Shown one piece after another: positions 37,641 to 47,104 of a stretch of DNA of 47,104 nucleotides. The notes beneath the pieces are model-generated. The model was not told the DNA's origin and did not search any database. It was given only the letters and a program-made list of their open reading frames with translations. Position 1 is the stretch's first letter. Each line of letters opens with the position of its first letter. The position numbers were made by a program, and so were the translations under genes. This stretch comes from Cytophagales bacterium (GTDB lineage: Bacteria > Bacteroidota > Bacteroidia > Cytophagales > Cytophagaceae), in the NCBI GenBank assembly GCA_043718845.1, contig JAYSUZ010000286.1, positions 1 to 47,104 on the forward strand, in the 5' to 3' direction.

Positions 37641-39164
37641 TTAAATGCTATTCAACATTTTCTCCGTAGCCTTTATCGCCGCCACTGTTTGGTCGCTGTC
37701 TAGGCCTCTGGTTTTAAATTCTTTATTATGAAACTCCCAAGTAATAATCGTTTCGCAGAGCGCATCCGATTTTCCACCTGGAGGAATACGTACTAAATAA
37801 TCTACCAAAGCAGGAAGTTCGGCTTTTTTTCGTTTGTAAATACTTTTCAAGGCATTTACAAAAGCGTCGTATTGTCCATCGCCTTCTGCACTTTCTTCAA
37901 ATAACTCACCGTCAATACTGATGGATAGCTTAACGGATGGTTTTATATTTTTAGCACTCGTAAGTACATAATTGGTAATCTGTACCTTTTCCTTAATAGC
38001 GTTACTGTCCAAAATATCAGAAATGATATACGGCAAATCTGCTTGCGTAACCATTTCTTTTCGGTCGCCCAATTCGATAATTCGTTGGGTTACTTTCTTC
38101 AAATCTGCGTCCGACAATTGAATGCCTAGTTGCTGTAAGTTCTTTTCAATATTGGCTTTACCACTGGTTTTCCCCAAAGCATATTTTCTTTGGCGTCCGA
38201 AACGTTCGGGCATTAGCTCGTTGTGGTATAAATTATTTTTTTTATCTCCGTCAGCGTGGATACCGGCCGTTTGGGTAAATACATTTTCACCTACAATTGG
38301 TTTGTTTACAGAGATGCCAAAACCGGAAAATGTTTCTACTAATTTGCTTACAGAGTATAAGGCTTTTTCCACCACAGAAGTTTTCACTTCTGGCATATAA
38401 TCTTTCAGAACCGCTACCGCACTTGCCAGTGGAGCATTTCCTGCGCGTTCGCCCATTCCGTTTACGGTGAGGTGAAGTCCATGAGCACCTGCTTTTACCG
38501 CTTCCATCACATTGGCGATACTTAAATCGTAATCGTTGTGCGCATGAAAATCGAAATGTAAGGTTGGGTATCGTTTTACCAGTTCGGAAATATAAGCGAA
38601 GGTTTCCGAAGGAATCAAGACGCCTAATGTATCCGGCAATAATACCCTTTTGATGGGTTGATGTTGAAGGAAATCGAGGTACTGCAATACATATTCTTTC
38701 GAGTTGCGCATGCCGTTGCTCCAATCTTCCAAGTAGACGTTGCATTGCAATCCTTTGCTGTTGGCAATAGAAATTACTTTGGCGATATCCTCAAAATGTT
38801 CTTCGGGTTTCTTGTTGAGTTGATGGGTAAGATGATTCAGCGAACCTTTGGTAAGCAAGTTCATCACCTTCGCTCCGGCGTCCAACATCCAGTTTATGGA
38901 CGTTTCGCCGTCTACAAACGTAAGGACTTCTATTTTTTCAAGATAGCCGTTTTCTTTAGCCCATTCGGTTACTTTTTTTACCGCTTGAAATTCCCCTTCC
39001 GATACACGGGCCGAGGCAATTTCAATTCTATCTACTTTCAATTCAGTCAATAGAAGTTGCGCAATCGTAAGTTTCTCAAACGCAGAAAACGACACCCCGC
39101 TGGTTTGTTCACCATCGCGGAGTGTCGTATCCATTATTTCTATATGACGTGGCGTATTTTTCAA
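37641..39164 (-). CDS. leuA: 2-isopropylmalate synthase (LeuA/CimA family)
   Basis: IMDTTLRDGEQTSGVSF, HFDFHAHNDYDLSIANV, and a C-terminal LeuA-dimer/regulatory domain. It lies within the leuCD...B operon. Confidence 0.88.
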   Translation of the reverse strand: MKNTPRHIEIMDTTLRDGEQTSGVSFSAFEKLTIAQLLLTELKVDRIEIASARVSEGEFQAVKKVTEWAKENGYLEKIEVLTFVDGETSINWMLDAGAKVMNLLTKGSLNHLTHQLNKKPEEHFEDIAKVISIANSKGLQCNVYLEDWSNGMRNSKEYVLQYLDFLQHQPIKRVLLPDTLGVLIPSETFAYISELVKRYPTLHFDFHAHNDYDLSIANVMEAVKAGAHGLHLTVNGMGERAGNAPLASAVAVLKDYMPEVKTSVVEKALYSVSKLVETFSGFGISVNKPIVGENVFTQTAGIHADGDKKNNLYHNELMPERFGRQRKYALGKTSGKANIEKNLQQLGIQLSDADLKKVTQRIIELGDRKEMVTQADLPYIISDILDSNAIKEKVQITNYVLTSAKNIKPSVKLSISIDGELFEESAEGDGQYDAFVNALKSIYKRKKAELPALVDYLVRIPPGGKSDALCETIITWEFHNKEFKTRGLDSDQTVAAIKATEKMLNSI

Positions 39165-39169
39165 AACCG

Positions 39170-39766
39170 TTAGACCGCTTTAGCAGCTGCAAAAGCCAGT
39201 ATTTCTGCTTTCATAGATTGTAGATAATCAATGTCGTCAAAGCCGTTGGTTAGGTTGTTTTTCTTGTAACCGTTGATTTCGAACGATTCTTTTTCACCTG
39301 TAGCAACAATCGTAATCGTTTGCTCTGGAAGACTTACCGTCAATTCTGATTTAGGATCTTTTTCGATGGCAGTGAAAATTTTATGCAAGAATTCAGGACT
39401 TACCTGTACGGGTAAAATTCCCATGTTAATGGAATTGTTTTTGAATATATCTGCAAAGAAACTAGATACTACACATCTGAAACCGTAATCGTACACCGCC
39501 CAAGCGGCGTGCTCACGGCTACTTCCGCTACCGAAGTTTTTTCCGCCTACTAATATTTTTCCTGTGTAGGTTGGGTTGTTTAAAACGAAATCCGCTTTGG
39601 GTGAATTGTCGTTGTTGTACCTCCAATCTCTAAATAAATTATCGCCAAAACCTTCGCGTTTTGTAGCTTTTAGAAAACGTGCAGGTATAATTTGATCGGT
39701 GTCTACGTTTTCAATTGGTAAGGGTACTGCTGAACTTGTAAGTACCGTAAATTTATCGTAAGCCAT
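39170..39766 (-). CDS. leuD: 3-isopropylmalate dehydratase small subunit
   Basis: [30 protein letters not shown]. Confidence 0.95.
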   Translation of the reverse strand: MAYDKFTVLTSSAVPLPIENVDTDQIIPARFLKATKREGFGDNLFRDWRYNNDNSPKADFVLNNPTYTGKILVGGKNFGSGSSREHAAWAVYDYGFRCVVSSFFADIFKNNSINMGILPVQVSPEFLHKIFTAIEKDPKSELTVSLPEQTITIVATGEKESFEINGYKKNNLTNGFDDIDYLQSMKAEILAFAAAKAV

Positions 39767-39821
39767 ATTAATTCAATAGTTTAAAGTCTTTTAATATACT
39801 AATTTTCAGAGTTATGAAATA

Positions 39822-41225
39822 TTACATCAACTCTCTTGGGTCTGTTACATAGCCTGTAACTGCTGCTGCTGCTGCCATCAACGGACTAGCAAGTAATGTG
39901 CGACTTCCAGGACCTTGACGGCCTTCGAAGTTTCTATTGCTTGTGCTAACGGCATATTTTCCAGCAGGAACTTTATCGTCGTTCATAGCCAAACATGCCG
40001 AGCATCCTGGCTGACGTAATTCAAAACCCGCTTTTATTAAGATATCTAAAATTCCTTCTTCTTTGATTTGCGCTTCTACAATGTGAGAACCTGGAACGAT
40101 CCATGCCGTAACGTGGTCGGCTTTTTTACGGCCTTTTATGATGGAAGCAAATTCTCTAAAGTCTTCGATACGACCGTTGGTGCAGCTACCGATAAATACG
40201 TAGTCTACTTTTTTTCCAACCATTTTATCGTCTTCCGAAAAGCCCATGTATTTAAGCGATTTTTCGTAGGTAGTTACGCCGCCTGTTAAATCAGAAGCTT
40301 TTGGAATCAGTTGAGAAATTCCAATTCCCATACCAGGGTTGGTGCCGAAGGTAATCATTGGTTCGATGTCGGCAGCGTTGTACGTATATTCCAAATCGAA
40401 TGTAGCGTCTTTATCTGTTTTTAGTGTTTTCCAATACGCAAGACCTTTTTCCCAAGCGTCTCCTTTTGGTGTTTTCTCACGTCCTTTTAGATAAGCGAAC
40501 GTAGTTTCGTCAGGCGCAATCATGCCACCACGAGCACCCATTTCGATACTCATATTGCAAACAGTCATACGACCTTCCATGCTCATTTTTTCAAATACAT
40601 CTCCTGCGTATTCTACTAGATATCCAGTAGCGCCGCCTGTTGAGATTTTTGAGATTACATATAAAATCACATCTTTAGCGGTAACTCCTTTTCCAAGTTT
40701 GCCGTTTACGTTGATGCGCATTTTCATTGGTTTTGGTTGCATGATGCACTGAGAAGCCAAAACCATTTCTACTTCTGAGGTACCGATACCAAAGGCTATA
40801 GCACCAAAAGCGCCGTGTGTAGACGTGTGTGAGTCACCACAAACAATCGTCATTCCTGGAAGCGTAATACCATTTTCTGGACCTACTACGTGTACAATCC
40901 CGTTTTTAGGATTTCCTAAACCCCAGTGCGAAATACCGTATTTTGCAGAGTTGCTTTCCAAAGCCTTCAATTGATTGGCAGACAGTGGATCTTGCACGGG
41001 TAGGTGTTGATTTATGGTAGGCGTATTGTGGTCTGCAGTAGCAAATGTATTTTCAGGAAACATCACGTTGATGCCTCTGCTTTCTAAGCCTAGAAAAGCC
41101 ACGGGGCTAGTTACTTCGTGAATAAAATGTCTGTCAATAAAAAACACATCTGGTCCGTCTTCTATTTTTCGGATTACGTGGGCATCCCACACTTTATCAA
41201 ACAGGGTACTTGGCGTATTGCTCAT
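39822..41225 (-). CDS. leuC: 3-isopropylmalate dehydratase large subunit
   Basis: [49 protein letters not shown]. Confidence 0.96.
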   Translation of the reverse strand: MSNTPSTLFDKVWDAHVIRKIEDGPDVFFIDRHFIHEVTSPVAFLGLESRGINVMFPENTFATADHNTPTINQHLPVQDPLSANQLKALESNSAKYGISHWGLGNPKNGIVHVVGPENGITLPGMTIVCGDSHTSTHGAFGAIAFGIGTSEVEMVLASQCIMQPKPMKMRINVNGKLGKGVTAKDVILYVISKISTGGATGYLVEYAGDVFEKMSMEGRMTVCNMSIEMGARGGMIAPDETTFAYLKGREKTPKGDAWEKGLAYWKTLKTDKDATFDLEYTYNAADIEPMITFGTNPGMGIGISQLIPKASDLTGGVTTYEKSLKYMGFSEDDKMVGKKVDYVFIGSCTNGRIEDFREFASIIKGRKKADHVTAWIVPGSHIVEAQIKEEGILDILIKAGFELRQPGCSACLAMNDDKVPAGKYAVSTSNRNFEGRQGPGSRTLLASPLMAAAAAVTGYVTDPRELM

Positions 41226-41249
41226 TTTGTTCTATTTTTTTTAAGAGCA

Positions 41250-41257
41250 CAAAGGTA
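41250..41257 (-). promoter_or_regulatory. -7 box TACCTTTG upstream of leuC
   Basis: The reverse complement of caaaggta matches TAnnTTTG, 24 nt upstream of the leuC ATG. A TTG lies 19 nt further upstream on the same strand. Confidence 0.45.
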
Positions 41258-41417
41258 GTAAAAATTGAGTTGGAGACAAAGGAATAGAGGGGAATTCCTT
41301 TTAAAATGGTTAAAAACGAAGATTATAAAACAAAACTAGTCTTAAGTGTGCGTAATTTTTCTTGTAGACTTAAAATTTTCTGTAAAAATCAACGTAATTT
41401 TATTAAAATTCGAAGGT

Positions 41418-43163
41418 TTATCCCTTGCTATGTAGTGAATTTCCTTTTGTCTTTACATCACCTATCCATTTTTCAAAATTCACACCTTCCTTTTCGCTAG
41501 CTTCCCTATTTCTCACAAGTACATAGTCCGAAAAGTAATTTCCGTGCTCGTTACTATTCAGAGACACCGCCACTACTCGTCCCCACCGTTTCACGGTCAG
41601 CATCAACAATTCTTGTGACCCGCCCCACTCCTTCGTATCTTCTGAAACCGGCTGCCCATTTATAGTCAACACTTCATCGTCTTTGCTTAATCCGTTTTCA
41701 GCAGGAGAATCGGGTGCAATCGCTTCTATGAAAATTCTTTTTTGCTTATTCGCAATACGAAAGCCAAAATTCCTTTCCGCACTATTTTCTGAAGGCTTTT
41801 CTTCCAAGCTACAACCAATGGTTTTTAATAGACTACACAAGCGCACCTTCAAATCGGTGTACCCGAAGACACACTCCTCGAAAAAATAGTTCTTATCTTT
41901 TCCTGCAATTTTATTTGTCACCGCTATAATATCTTGGAGTGTATAACCTTTCTCTTTTTTTCCAAAATCATTCCACAATAATCGCATCAAATCGTCCAAT
42001 GATTTTTCGTTATTCGTATCCTGTCTTATCTCCAAATCCAAGATCAACGCTACTAAGCAACCTTTTACATAAATCGACACTTTTCTATTTGGTATCCCTG
42101 CGGCATAACCGTCTACCCAAAGCTCCTGAGAGGACTCCACTAGCGAAAGATTGAAGTTTCCAAAATTATCAAAATGTCTTTTAAATGTGGTAGTTAATTC
42201 TACAAAATACTGCGCTATGGAGATCACCCCCGAACGCACTAAAAAAAGATCTCCATAATAAGTAGTAAATCCTTCGGCGACAAAACCTGTAGAGAAATAA
42301 TTTTCTTTGGTAAAATCATACGGCAATAATTCTTTTGGCCTTATTTTTACAATATTCCATGCATGAAACAGTTCGTGCGCACTAATCCCTATCAAATCGT
42401 CGTACCCTGTTTCTGGAATGGATACCGCAGGACCAAGGGTAATCACCGTAGAATTTCGATGTTCTACACCATGATAATGCTTGTAAGGCAAAAACTGAAA
42501 TAGATAATGGTAGTCTTTCTCAGGAAAATCGCCCATCATCGCAAGTTGATTTTCTGTGAATTTTTTAAAATCAACAAGCAACTTCTCTATACTTAAAACA
42601 TTAGTCCCTTGTATCCAAATATGAAAAGGAATGTCCCGGCATTCGAACGAATAATGAGCGAGCGAAGCACTTGCTATCACAGGACTATCGGCCAAATGAT
42701 GGAAATTAGTGGCGGTTAATGTATTTTTTTCGTTCGGCAACCCACAAGCAATTTGATAATTGGACGGAAGTGAAAGTTGAACCGTACACGCGTCGTTTAT
42801 CCTTTCGGGCACATACATTAGGCAACAAATAAAATTCAGGTAAAGCTGTTCGTCGTCCAACCAACAGCCTCCTGCATCCATCTGATAGGCATAATATTGG
42901 TAACAAATTTTAATTTTTTCCGATTGCTCGACAGCTACATTCCATCTGTTTCTAGCTATTTTCACAAACGAAAGCGGACGATTCTTTTCACCATATGCTT
43001 TAAAACACTTTATATTGGCAGCATAATTCTGCAATTCGTACCTGCCTGGTCGCCAAGCAGGAAGTTGTACTTCTATAAAAGGAGTGGCTATACCTTCAAT
43101 AGAAATTTCAATGTCTACGAGATGCGTCAGTGGATTTGAATAAGAGATGCGGTAGTGTATCAT
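41418..43163 (-). CDS. M61 family (glycyl aminopeptidase-like) metallopeptidase with PDZ domain
   Basis: The HExxH site is in AHELFHAWN. The C-terminal PDZ-like segment is SPAENGLSKDDEVLTINGQPV. Confidence 0.8.
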   Translation of the reverse strand: MIHYRISYSNPLTHLVDIEISIEGIATPFIEVQLPAWRPGRYELQNYAANIKCFKAYGEKNRPLSFVKIARNRWNVAVEQSEKIKICYQYYAYQMDAGGCWLDDEQLYLNFICCLMYVPERINDACTVQLSLPSNYQIACGLPNEKNTLTATNFHHLADSPVIASASLAHYSFECRDIPFHIWIQGTNVLSIEKLLVDFKKFTENQLAMMGDFPEKDYHYLFQFLPYKHYHGVEHRNSTVITLGPAVSIPETGYDDLIGISAHELFHAWNIVKIRPKELLPYDFTKENYFSTGFVAEGFTTYYGDLFLVRSGVISIAQYFVELTTTFKRHFDNFGNFNLSLVESSQELWVDGYAAGIPNRKVSIYVKGCLVALILDLEIRQDTNNEKSLDDLMRLLWNDFGKKEKGYTLQDIIAVTNKIAGKDKNYFFEECVFGYTDLKVRLCSLLKTIGCSLEEKPSENSAERNFGFRIANKQKRIFIEAIAPDSPAENGLSKDDEVLTINGQPVSEDTKEWGGSQELLMLTVKRWGRVVAVSLNSNEHGNYFSDYVLVRNREASEKEGVNFEKWIGDVKTKGNSLHSKG

Positions 43164-43175
43164 AATTTAGTACCA

Positions 43176-43183
43176 CAAAGGTA
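43176..43183 (-). promoter_or_regulatory. -7 box TACCTTTG upstream of the M61 peptidase gene
   Basis: The reverse complement of caaaggta matches TAnnTTTG, only 12 nt upstream of the ATG at 43163. It shares the 11-mer cacaaaggtag with the leuC box. Confidence 0.35.
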
Positions 43184-43351
43184 GCACAACATTTAAAATC
43201 TATACGTTTTCGCTGTATATATCCAATCAACTACAGCACAAAATACAACCATCGCCACTCTTCCCTTGAAGACTTATAAATATAATTAACTGTAAATCAA
43301 TATTTATATATTATTTTGTAGATAACTTTTGGTATTTTAGTAAAGCTTTGC

Positions 43352-43359
43352 TATATTTG
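43352..43359 (+). promoter_or_regulatory. -7 box TATATTTG upstream of rpmH
   Basis: Matches TAnnTTTG. A TTG at 43329-43331 lies 20 nt upstream. The rpmH ATG is 55 nt downstream. Confidence 0.4.
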
Positions 43360-43414
43360 CAACCCTATTAATAGGTAGTAAGAATTAATAAAAATTATTT
43401 AAAGATATACGGCA

Positions 43415-43570
43415 ATGAAAAGGACGTTTCAACCTTCCAACAAAAAGAGAATTAACAAGCATGGCTTCAGAGAAAGAATGTCTACTGCTAATGGAAGAAG
43501 AGTAATAACTGCAAGAAGAAAAAGAGGCAGAAAAAGACTTACCGTTTCTGATTCTATAGCTAAAAAATAA
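43415..43570 (+). CDS. rpmH: 50S ribosomal protein L34 (not in the ORF track, 51 aa)
   Basis: Hand translation gives [51 protein letters not shown] followed by a stop. It carries the canonical L34 signature. Confidence 0.95.
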   Translation: MKRTFQPSNKKRINKHGFRERMSTANGRRVITARRKRGRKRLTVSDSIAKK

Positions 43571-43595
43571 CCTTAATTGGTATTCCTATATTTTG

Positions 43596-43636
43596 AGTAG
43601 CCTATCAAATTTAATTTGTTAGGCTACTTTTGTTTT
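43596..43636. terminator. Bidirectional terminator between rpmH and the convergent metzincin gene
   Basis: agtagcct (43596-43603) pairs with aggctact (43621-43628) and is followed by tttgtttttt. Confidence 0.55.
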
Positions 43637-45769
43637 TTACCACACTTGCTGTACGGCTATTTTCCCCCTCAAATTAATGTGATTGCCCAAAATAGAGTAG
43701 GTATAAACGCCACTGGCAAGCAGTTGCGCTTGGCAAATTTGATGAGTGCTCCCTCTTACTATTTTTTCTCTAGAAACTATTTGCCCTGCTATATTGTATA
43801 AAATCAACTCCGAATCACGCTCAAAAGGAGGATTAAATACTGCATAAATAATTTTATCGCCTGGCTCGAAATATATAAACACCGTCTCCTCCTCTATTGC
43901 ATCGACCCTTATACTAGGGAGTGTCGTACGCAAGCCATCATTATCTTCTTGAGTAAGCCTGTAATACGAAACAAGTTCTTTGCCTGAAAAATAATCATCG
44001 AAAGAATAGGCATGTTGACTATAAACACCCTGTTGTGCTTCGACAAAAGCAATGGAAGTATACGTTATCCCATCGCTGCTTTTTTCGAGTTCAAACCCTT
44101 TATTATCATGTTCTTCGGCGGTAGTCCATTGCACCAAATTAAAGCCTTGTTCTATTCTTTTTCCCGTAAAAGAGAGTAGCGAAACAGGCAACGCACAAGA
44201 CGCTCCATTCAACGCAACCATAGGGCCAACAATACCAGCAGGATATTGAATACAATAATTGGCCGCTACGGTAGAGTATGCCACTTTAGCATTACCACCA
44301 GCAATATCAGAAACAGGATCAAGTGTCCGTGCATCTTCGCCATTGAAGAGTGAATAGTTCATCACTTTGCCTGAGGCTATGATATGTCCTAGCCCATGAG
44401 CGTGACCAAGTTCGTGCAGTGCTACCGATTCAAAATCATACGTAGTACCGAAGGCAATAGAAGCTGCAGGGCCATAATTCCAAGTAAATCCTGCCGATGG
44501 AGGATTTTGAAATTGAATATCAATATCAGCCGTATTCCATAGTGTATTCTGCAACATACAGCCACCAGTAGAAACAGCGGTATAGTGAGATGTGGCTCTA
44601 CCTAATACTCCAGCAGAAAGTGTCGCATCAAAAAAAACAGTATTAACGCCGTCGTTGGCTACCGCAGCCGTGGCAGTAGCAGCAGGACTAATACTGAAAT
44701 TTACAAAGGTATTGCACCGCCATGAGCCTAACGCGCGTGCAAAAGCGGCAACAGCAGGGAGATTGGAGGCGAAAGTGGTATTGTATTTAAACGTATAACC
44801 ACCAGAACCGTCTCTATTCACAAGATAAAAACGCTGACGGGTAGCAGAAGCAAAACCGCTAAACGTATTATTAATTTCAAGATGAGCATAGTTTACGGTG
44901 AAAGGAATAGTAAAAATTCCGTTTACCCTTATCGTTCCTGTACCTGCTCGGGTGGGCACTTTTAGTACAATCTGCACATCCGACCAAGATACAATATCTG
45001 TGGCAGGAATAGGCGATTGAATCATTGTAGCGCCTCCATCATCGGCATTACTAAATTCAACAGTTCCAGGGATAGCTCCAAATCCACTTCCTGAAATTGT
45101 AATTTGATCGGCAACATTTATAGTCCCTGCAATACCTGGATTAGGACTTACGCCAGAGATGGCTGCAATTCTTGAACTACCCTGCCTCCCCTTCCCTTCG
45201 TACCCCGCAGAACGGGGCGTATACAACTTACCTTCAGGCGTTACAGCATATTTTTTAGATATTTTTTTTATTTTTTTTAGGACTGAAATTTCTGACTGCG
45301 GCGCTTCACTTAACAGATCATAATAAAGCCCTTTTTGATACGTAAGCTTCCCTTGACTACAGCCATAGGCTTCCATTTGAGGAATACCACCGTATAGTTT
45401 ACGGAAATACTTATTATCGATAAACGTATTTTCTCCGGTAAGGAATAAAAGTACTTCCTGCGTGGTATCCATTTCCAATGCGGGGTGCACCAGCTCTGCC
45501 CGATTGTCCAAAACTCCTCCCTCGGAGATTACTATAAGGAACTTACTATTGGAATAGCCTTTCAGATAAGCACTGATTTCGAATAGATTAGAAGTATAAA
45601 TACGATTACCTTCCGACAAATAGGGTGTGCGCTGCTTCACTTTGCCCAAAACTATTGTAGACGCGTTTACCACTCTTTTATTCAGGCTCAATGGAACCAT
45701 CATACATTGTGCACGGCTTATTATAGGTAGTGTAAATAGAATAACTGAAATAATTAAAAGTGTGCGCAT
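43637..45769 (-). CDS. Secreted metzincin-type zinc metalloprotease with IPT/TIG domain and T9SS C-terminal domain
   Basis: Signal peptide. IPT-like segment ISGVSPNPGIAGT...ITISGSGFG...GTIRVNG. Metzincin site HELGHAHGLGH with a downstream VMNY Met-turn. C-terminal LLSFTG...YYRL module followed by a CTD-like tail. Confidence 0.75.
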   Translation of the reverse strand: MRTLLIISVILFTLPIISRAQCMMVPLSLNKRVVNASTIVLGKVKQRTPYLSEGNRIYTSNLFEISAYLKGYSNSKFLIVISEGGVLDNRAELVHPALEMDTTQEVLLFLTGENTFIDNKYFRKLYGGIPQMEAYGCSQGKLTYQKGLYYDLLSEAPQSEISVLKKIKKISKKYAVTPEGKLYTPRSAGYEGKGRQGSSRIAAISGVSPNPGIAGTINVADQITISGSGFGAIPGTVEFSNADDGGATMIQSPIPATDIVSWSDVQIVLKVPTRAGTGTIRVNGIFTIPFTVNYAHLEINNTFSGFASATRQRFYLVNRDGSGGYTFKYNTTFASNLPAVAAFARALGSWRCNTFVNFSISPAATATAAVANDGVNTVFFDATLSAGVLGRATSHYTAVSTGGCMLQNTLWNTADIDIQFQNPPSAGFTWNYGPAASIAFGTTYDFESVALHELGHAHGLGHIIASGKVMNYSLFNGEDARTLDPVSDIAGGNAKVAYSTVAANYCIQYPAGIVGPMVALNGASCALPVSLLSFTGKRIEQGFNLVQWTTAEEHDNKGFELEKSSDGITYTSIAFVEAQQGVYSQHAYSFDDYFSGKELVSYYRLTQEDNDGLRTTLPSIRVDAIEEETVFIYFEPGDKIIYAVFNPPFERDSELILYNIAGQIVSREKIVRGSTHQICQAQLLASGVYTYSILGNHINLRGKIAVQQVW

Positions 45770-45849
45770 CGCTAAGTTTTTTCTACAACTATTTTAAATC
45801 GAAAATAAATGCATAAATTGATTCGTAAATAAAGGTATGAATTTTACAA

Positions 45850-46260
45850 ATGAATAACACTATTCTGTACGAAAATGAGGATAAAAAGTTGAACTTCAAC
45901 AGAGAAGAACGATTGAAAAGTAAAAAATCGACCGACTTGCTCTTTGCTAAAGGCAGGGGAATTTCGGCCAATCCAATCCGTTTGATTCATTACTTGGATG
46001 ATACAGAACGACTTCTCCCTCAAGTTTTATTTTCCGTATCCAAAAGGAATTTCAAAAAAGCAGTAGATCGGAATAGAATAAAGAGGCAAATGAGAGAAAT
46101 TTACCGTTTAAATCGAAGCAAGCACTTTCTACCCGAAGGCAATAATTCTTTCTTATTGGCCTTTATTTACAATGCCAAAGAAAAAATTCCATACATTGTA
46201 CTAGAAAAAAAACTAAATTTAACTTTAGAACGTTTACAGAACAGCGTCAAACAAGTTTAA
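45850..46260 (+). CDS. rnpA: Ribonuclease P protein component
   Basis: REERLKSKKSTDLLFAKGR and the RNR motif region VDRNRIKRQMREIYR. Confidence 0.9.
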   Translation: MNNTILYENEDKKLNFNREERLKSKKSTDLLFAKGRGISANPIRLIHYLDDTERLLPQVLFSVSKRNFKKAVDRNRIKRQMREIYRLNRSKHFLPEGNNSFLLAFIYNAKEKIPYIVLEKKLNLTLERLQNSVKQV

Positions 46261-46305
46261 TCACTTTTTGTCGTTTACTTAATTGAAAGCATAAAACTCT
46301 TTTTC

Positions 46306-47104
46306 ATGAAAAAATATAAATTATTTCTACTAGGTTCTATTCTCGCTATTTCAAGTTTGAGTCTTTATTCCTTCAAACAATCTGATAAATATTTCGAAAT
46401 TGCGAAGAACCTAGATATTTTCGCTACACTTTTTAAAGAAGTGAACACCTACTATGTAGACGAAGTAAATCCCAATAAATTTATGAAAGACGGTATCGAT
46501 GCGATGCTTGAAAATCTAGATCCCTACACGAACTACATACCCGAGGATGAAATAGAAGACTACCGCACGCACATGACAGGTCAGTATGGCGGTATTGGCG
46601 CGGTGATTGGCACACGCAACGAGAACGCTATGATACTTATGCCTTATGAAGGTTTTCCTGCACACAAAAGCGGCCTCATGATTGGCGATGAAATAATCTC
46701 CGTGGACGGTTTCGAAACAAAAGGAAAAAACACGTCCGAAATCAGTAAACTCCTAAAAGGCCAAGCGGGAACAACGGTGAAAGTAATCATAAAAAGATTT
46801 GGCACACCAAACAACTTTGATGTAATCATCACACGTGAGAAAATAAAAATCGATAATGTACCTTACTTTGGTATGATAAACGACAAGACGGGCTACATAA
46901 AACTTTCCGAGTTCACCAACAATGCTTCGAAGGATGTAAAAAATGCGCTTACAGAATTAAAAGCAAAAGGTGCAAAAAGTATCGTCTTCGACCTACGCGA
47001 CAACCCAGGTGGCTTACTCAACGAGGCGATTAACATCTCAAATATTTTTATTCAAAAAGACAAACCAATTGTAAGTACAAAAGGAAAAACTACAGAATGG
47101 AACA
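46306..47104 (+). CDS. S41 family C-terminal processing peptidase (3' partial; not in the ORF track)
   Basis: Hand translation from the ATG at 46306 gives MKKYKLFLLGSILAISS...YVDEVNPNKFMKDGIDAMLENLDPYTNYI...GQYGGIGAVIG. A PDZ segment (PAHKSGLMIGDEIISVDG) follows, then DLRDNPGGLL. The frame is open to the window end. Confidence 0.85.
   Translation, partial: MKKYKLFLLGSILAISSLSLYSFKQSDKYFEIAKNLDIFATLFKEVNTYYVDEVNPNKFMKDGIDAMLENLDPYTNYIPEDEIEDYRTHMTGQYGGIGAVIGTRNENAMILMPYEGFPAHKSGLMIGDEIISVDGFETKGKNTSEISKLLKGQAGTTVKVIIKRFGTPNNFDVIITREKIKIDNVPYFGMINDKTGYIKLSEFTNNASKDVKNALTELKAKGAKSIVFDLRDNPGGLLNEAINISNIFIQKDKPIVSTKGKTTEWN

Noticed and set aside
38287-38745. A 152-aa ORF inside leuA, together with many other 60-130-aa ORFs nested in or antisense to polA, the mutase, dnaK, atpD, bamA, leuB/C and rnhB.
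   Set aside because: All lie within strongly recognisable conserved genes in other frames or strands. They show Arg/Cys/Ser-rich or Phe-rich compositions typical of off-frame translation.

Overview
This 47.1-kb AT-rich chromosomal segment looks like a Bacteroidota genome of the Flavobacteriia/Sphingobacteriia type. Four observations support that: three proteins carry T9SS C-terminal sorting domains, many genes have TAnnTTTG -7 promoter boxes, the nadK / DUF6089 x2 / uppS / bamA / skp x2 synteny is present, and atpD-atpC stand alone with a short epsilon subunit. All protein calls come from motif recognition by eye; no searches were run.

Most of the window is core housekeeping:
- Replication and RNA processing: polA, dnaA with a candidate oriC or autoregulatory spacer, rnhB, rpmH, rnpA.
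- Metabolism: a long methylmalonyl-CoA mutase, gcvT, the leuC-leuD-leuA-leuB operon, adk, nadK.
- Envelope and secretion: the envelope-biogenesis cluster, a GH16/GH3 beta-glucan pair, secreted peptidases (M61, a T9SS metzincin, S41).
- Other: dnaK, atpDC.

I see no rRNA, tRNA, CRISPR array or intact mobile element, and no convincing multi-gene novel system.

Three places are not ordinary:
1. A ~3-kb accessory islet (33.3-36.35 kb) lies between atpC and leuB. It holds a COG1373-type ATPase, a 5'-truncated RAYT/IS200-like transposase remnant, five REP-like palindromes (CTTGCTGGCG-N3-4-CGCCAGCAAG), a 32-bp tandem repeat, and a divergent XRE / DUF4352 gene pair.
2. A ~200-bp nested palindromic element fills the whole leuA-leuB spacer inside the leu operon. 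It has heptad TTAAT repeats forming 26-bp inverted arms and three internal 9-10-bp hairpins.
3. A 785-bp gene-free stretch lies between the convergent polA and dnaA genes.

Three genes missing from the ORF track were added: rpmH (51 aa), a 47-aa ORF upstream of rnhB, and a 3'-partial S41 peptidase at the right edge. Several ORF-track starts that use TTG or GTG were moved to internal ATG codons.
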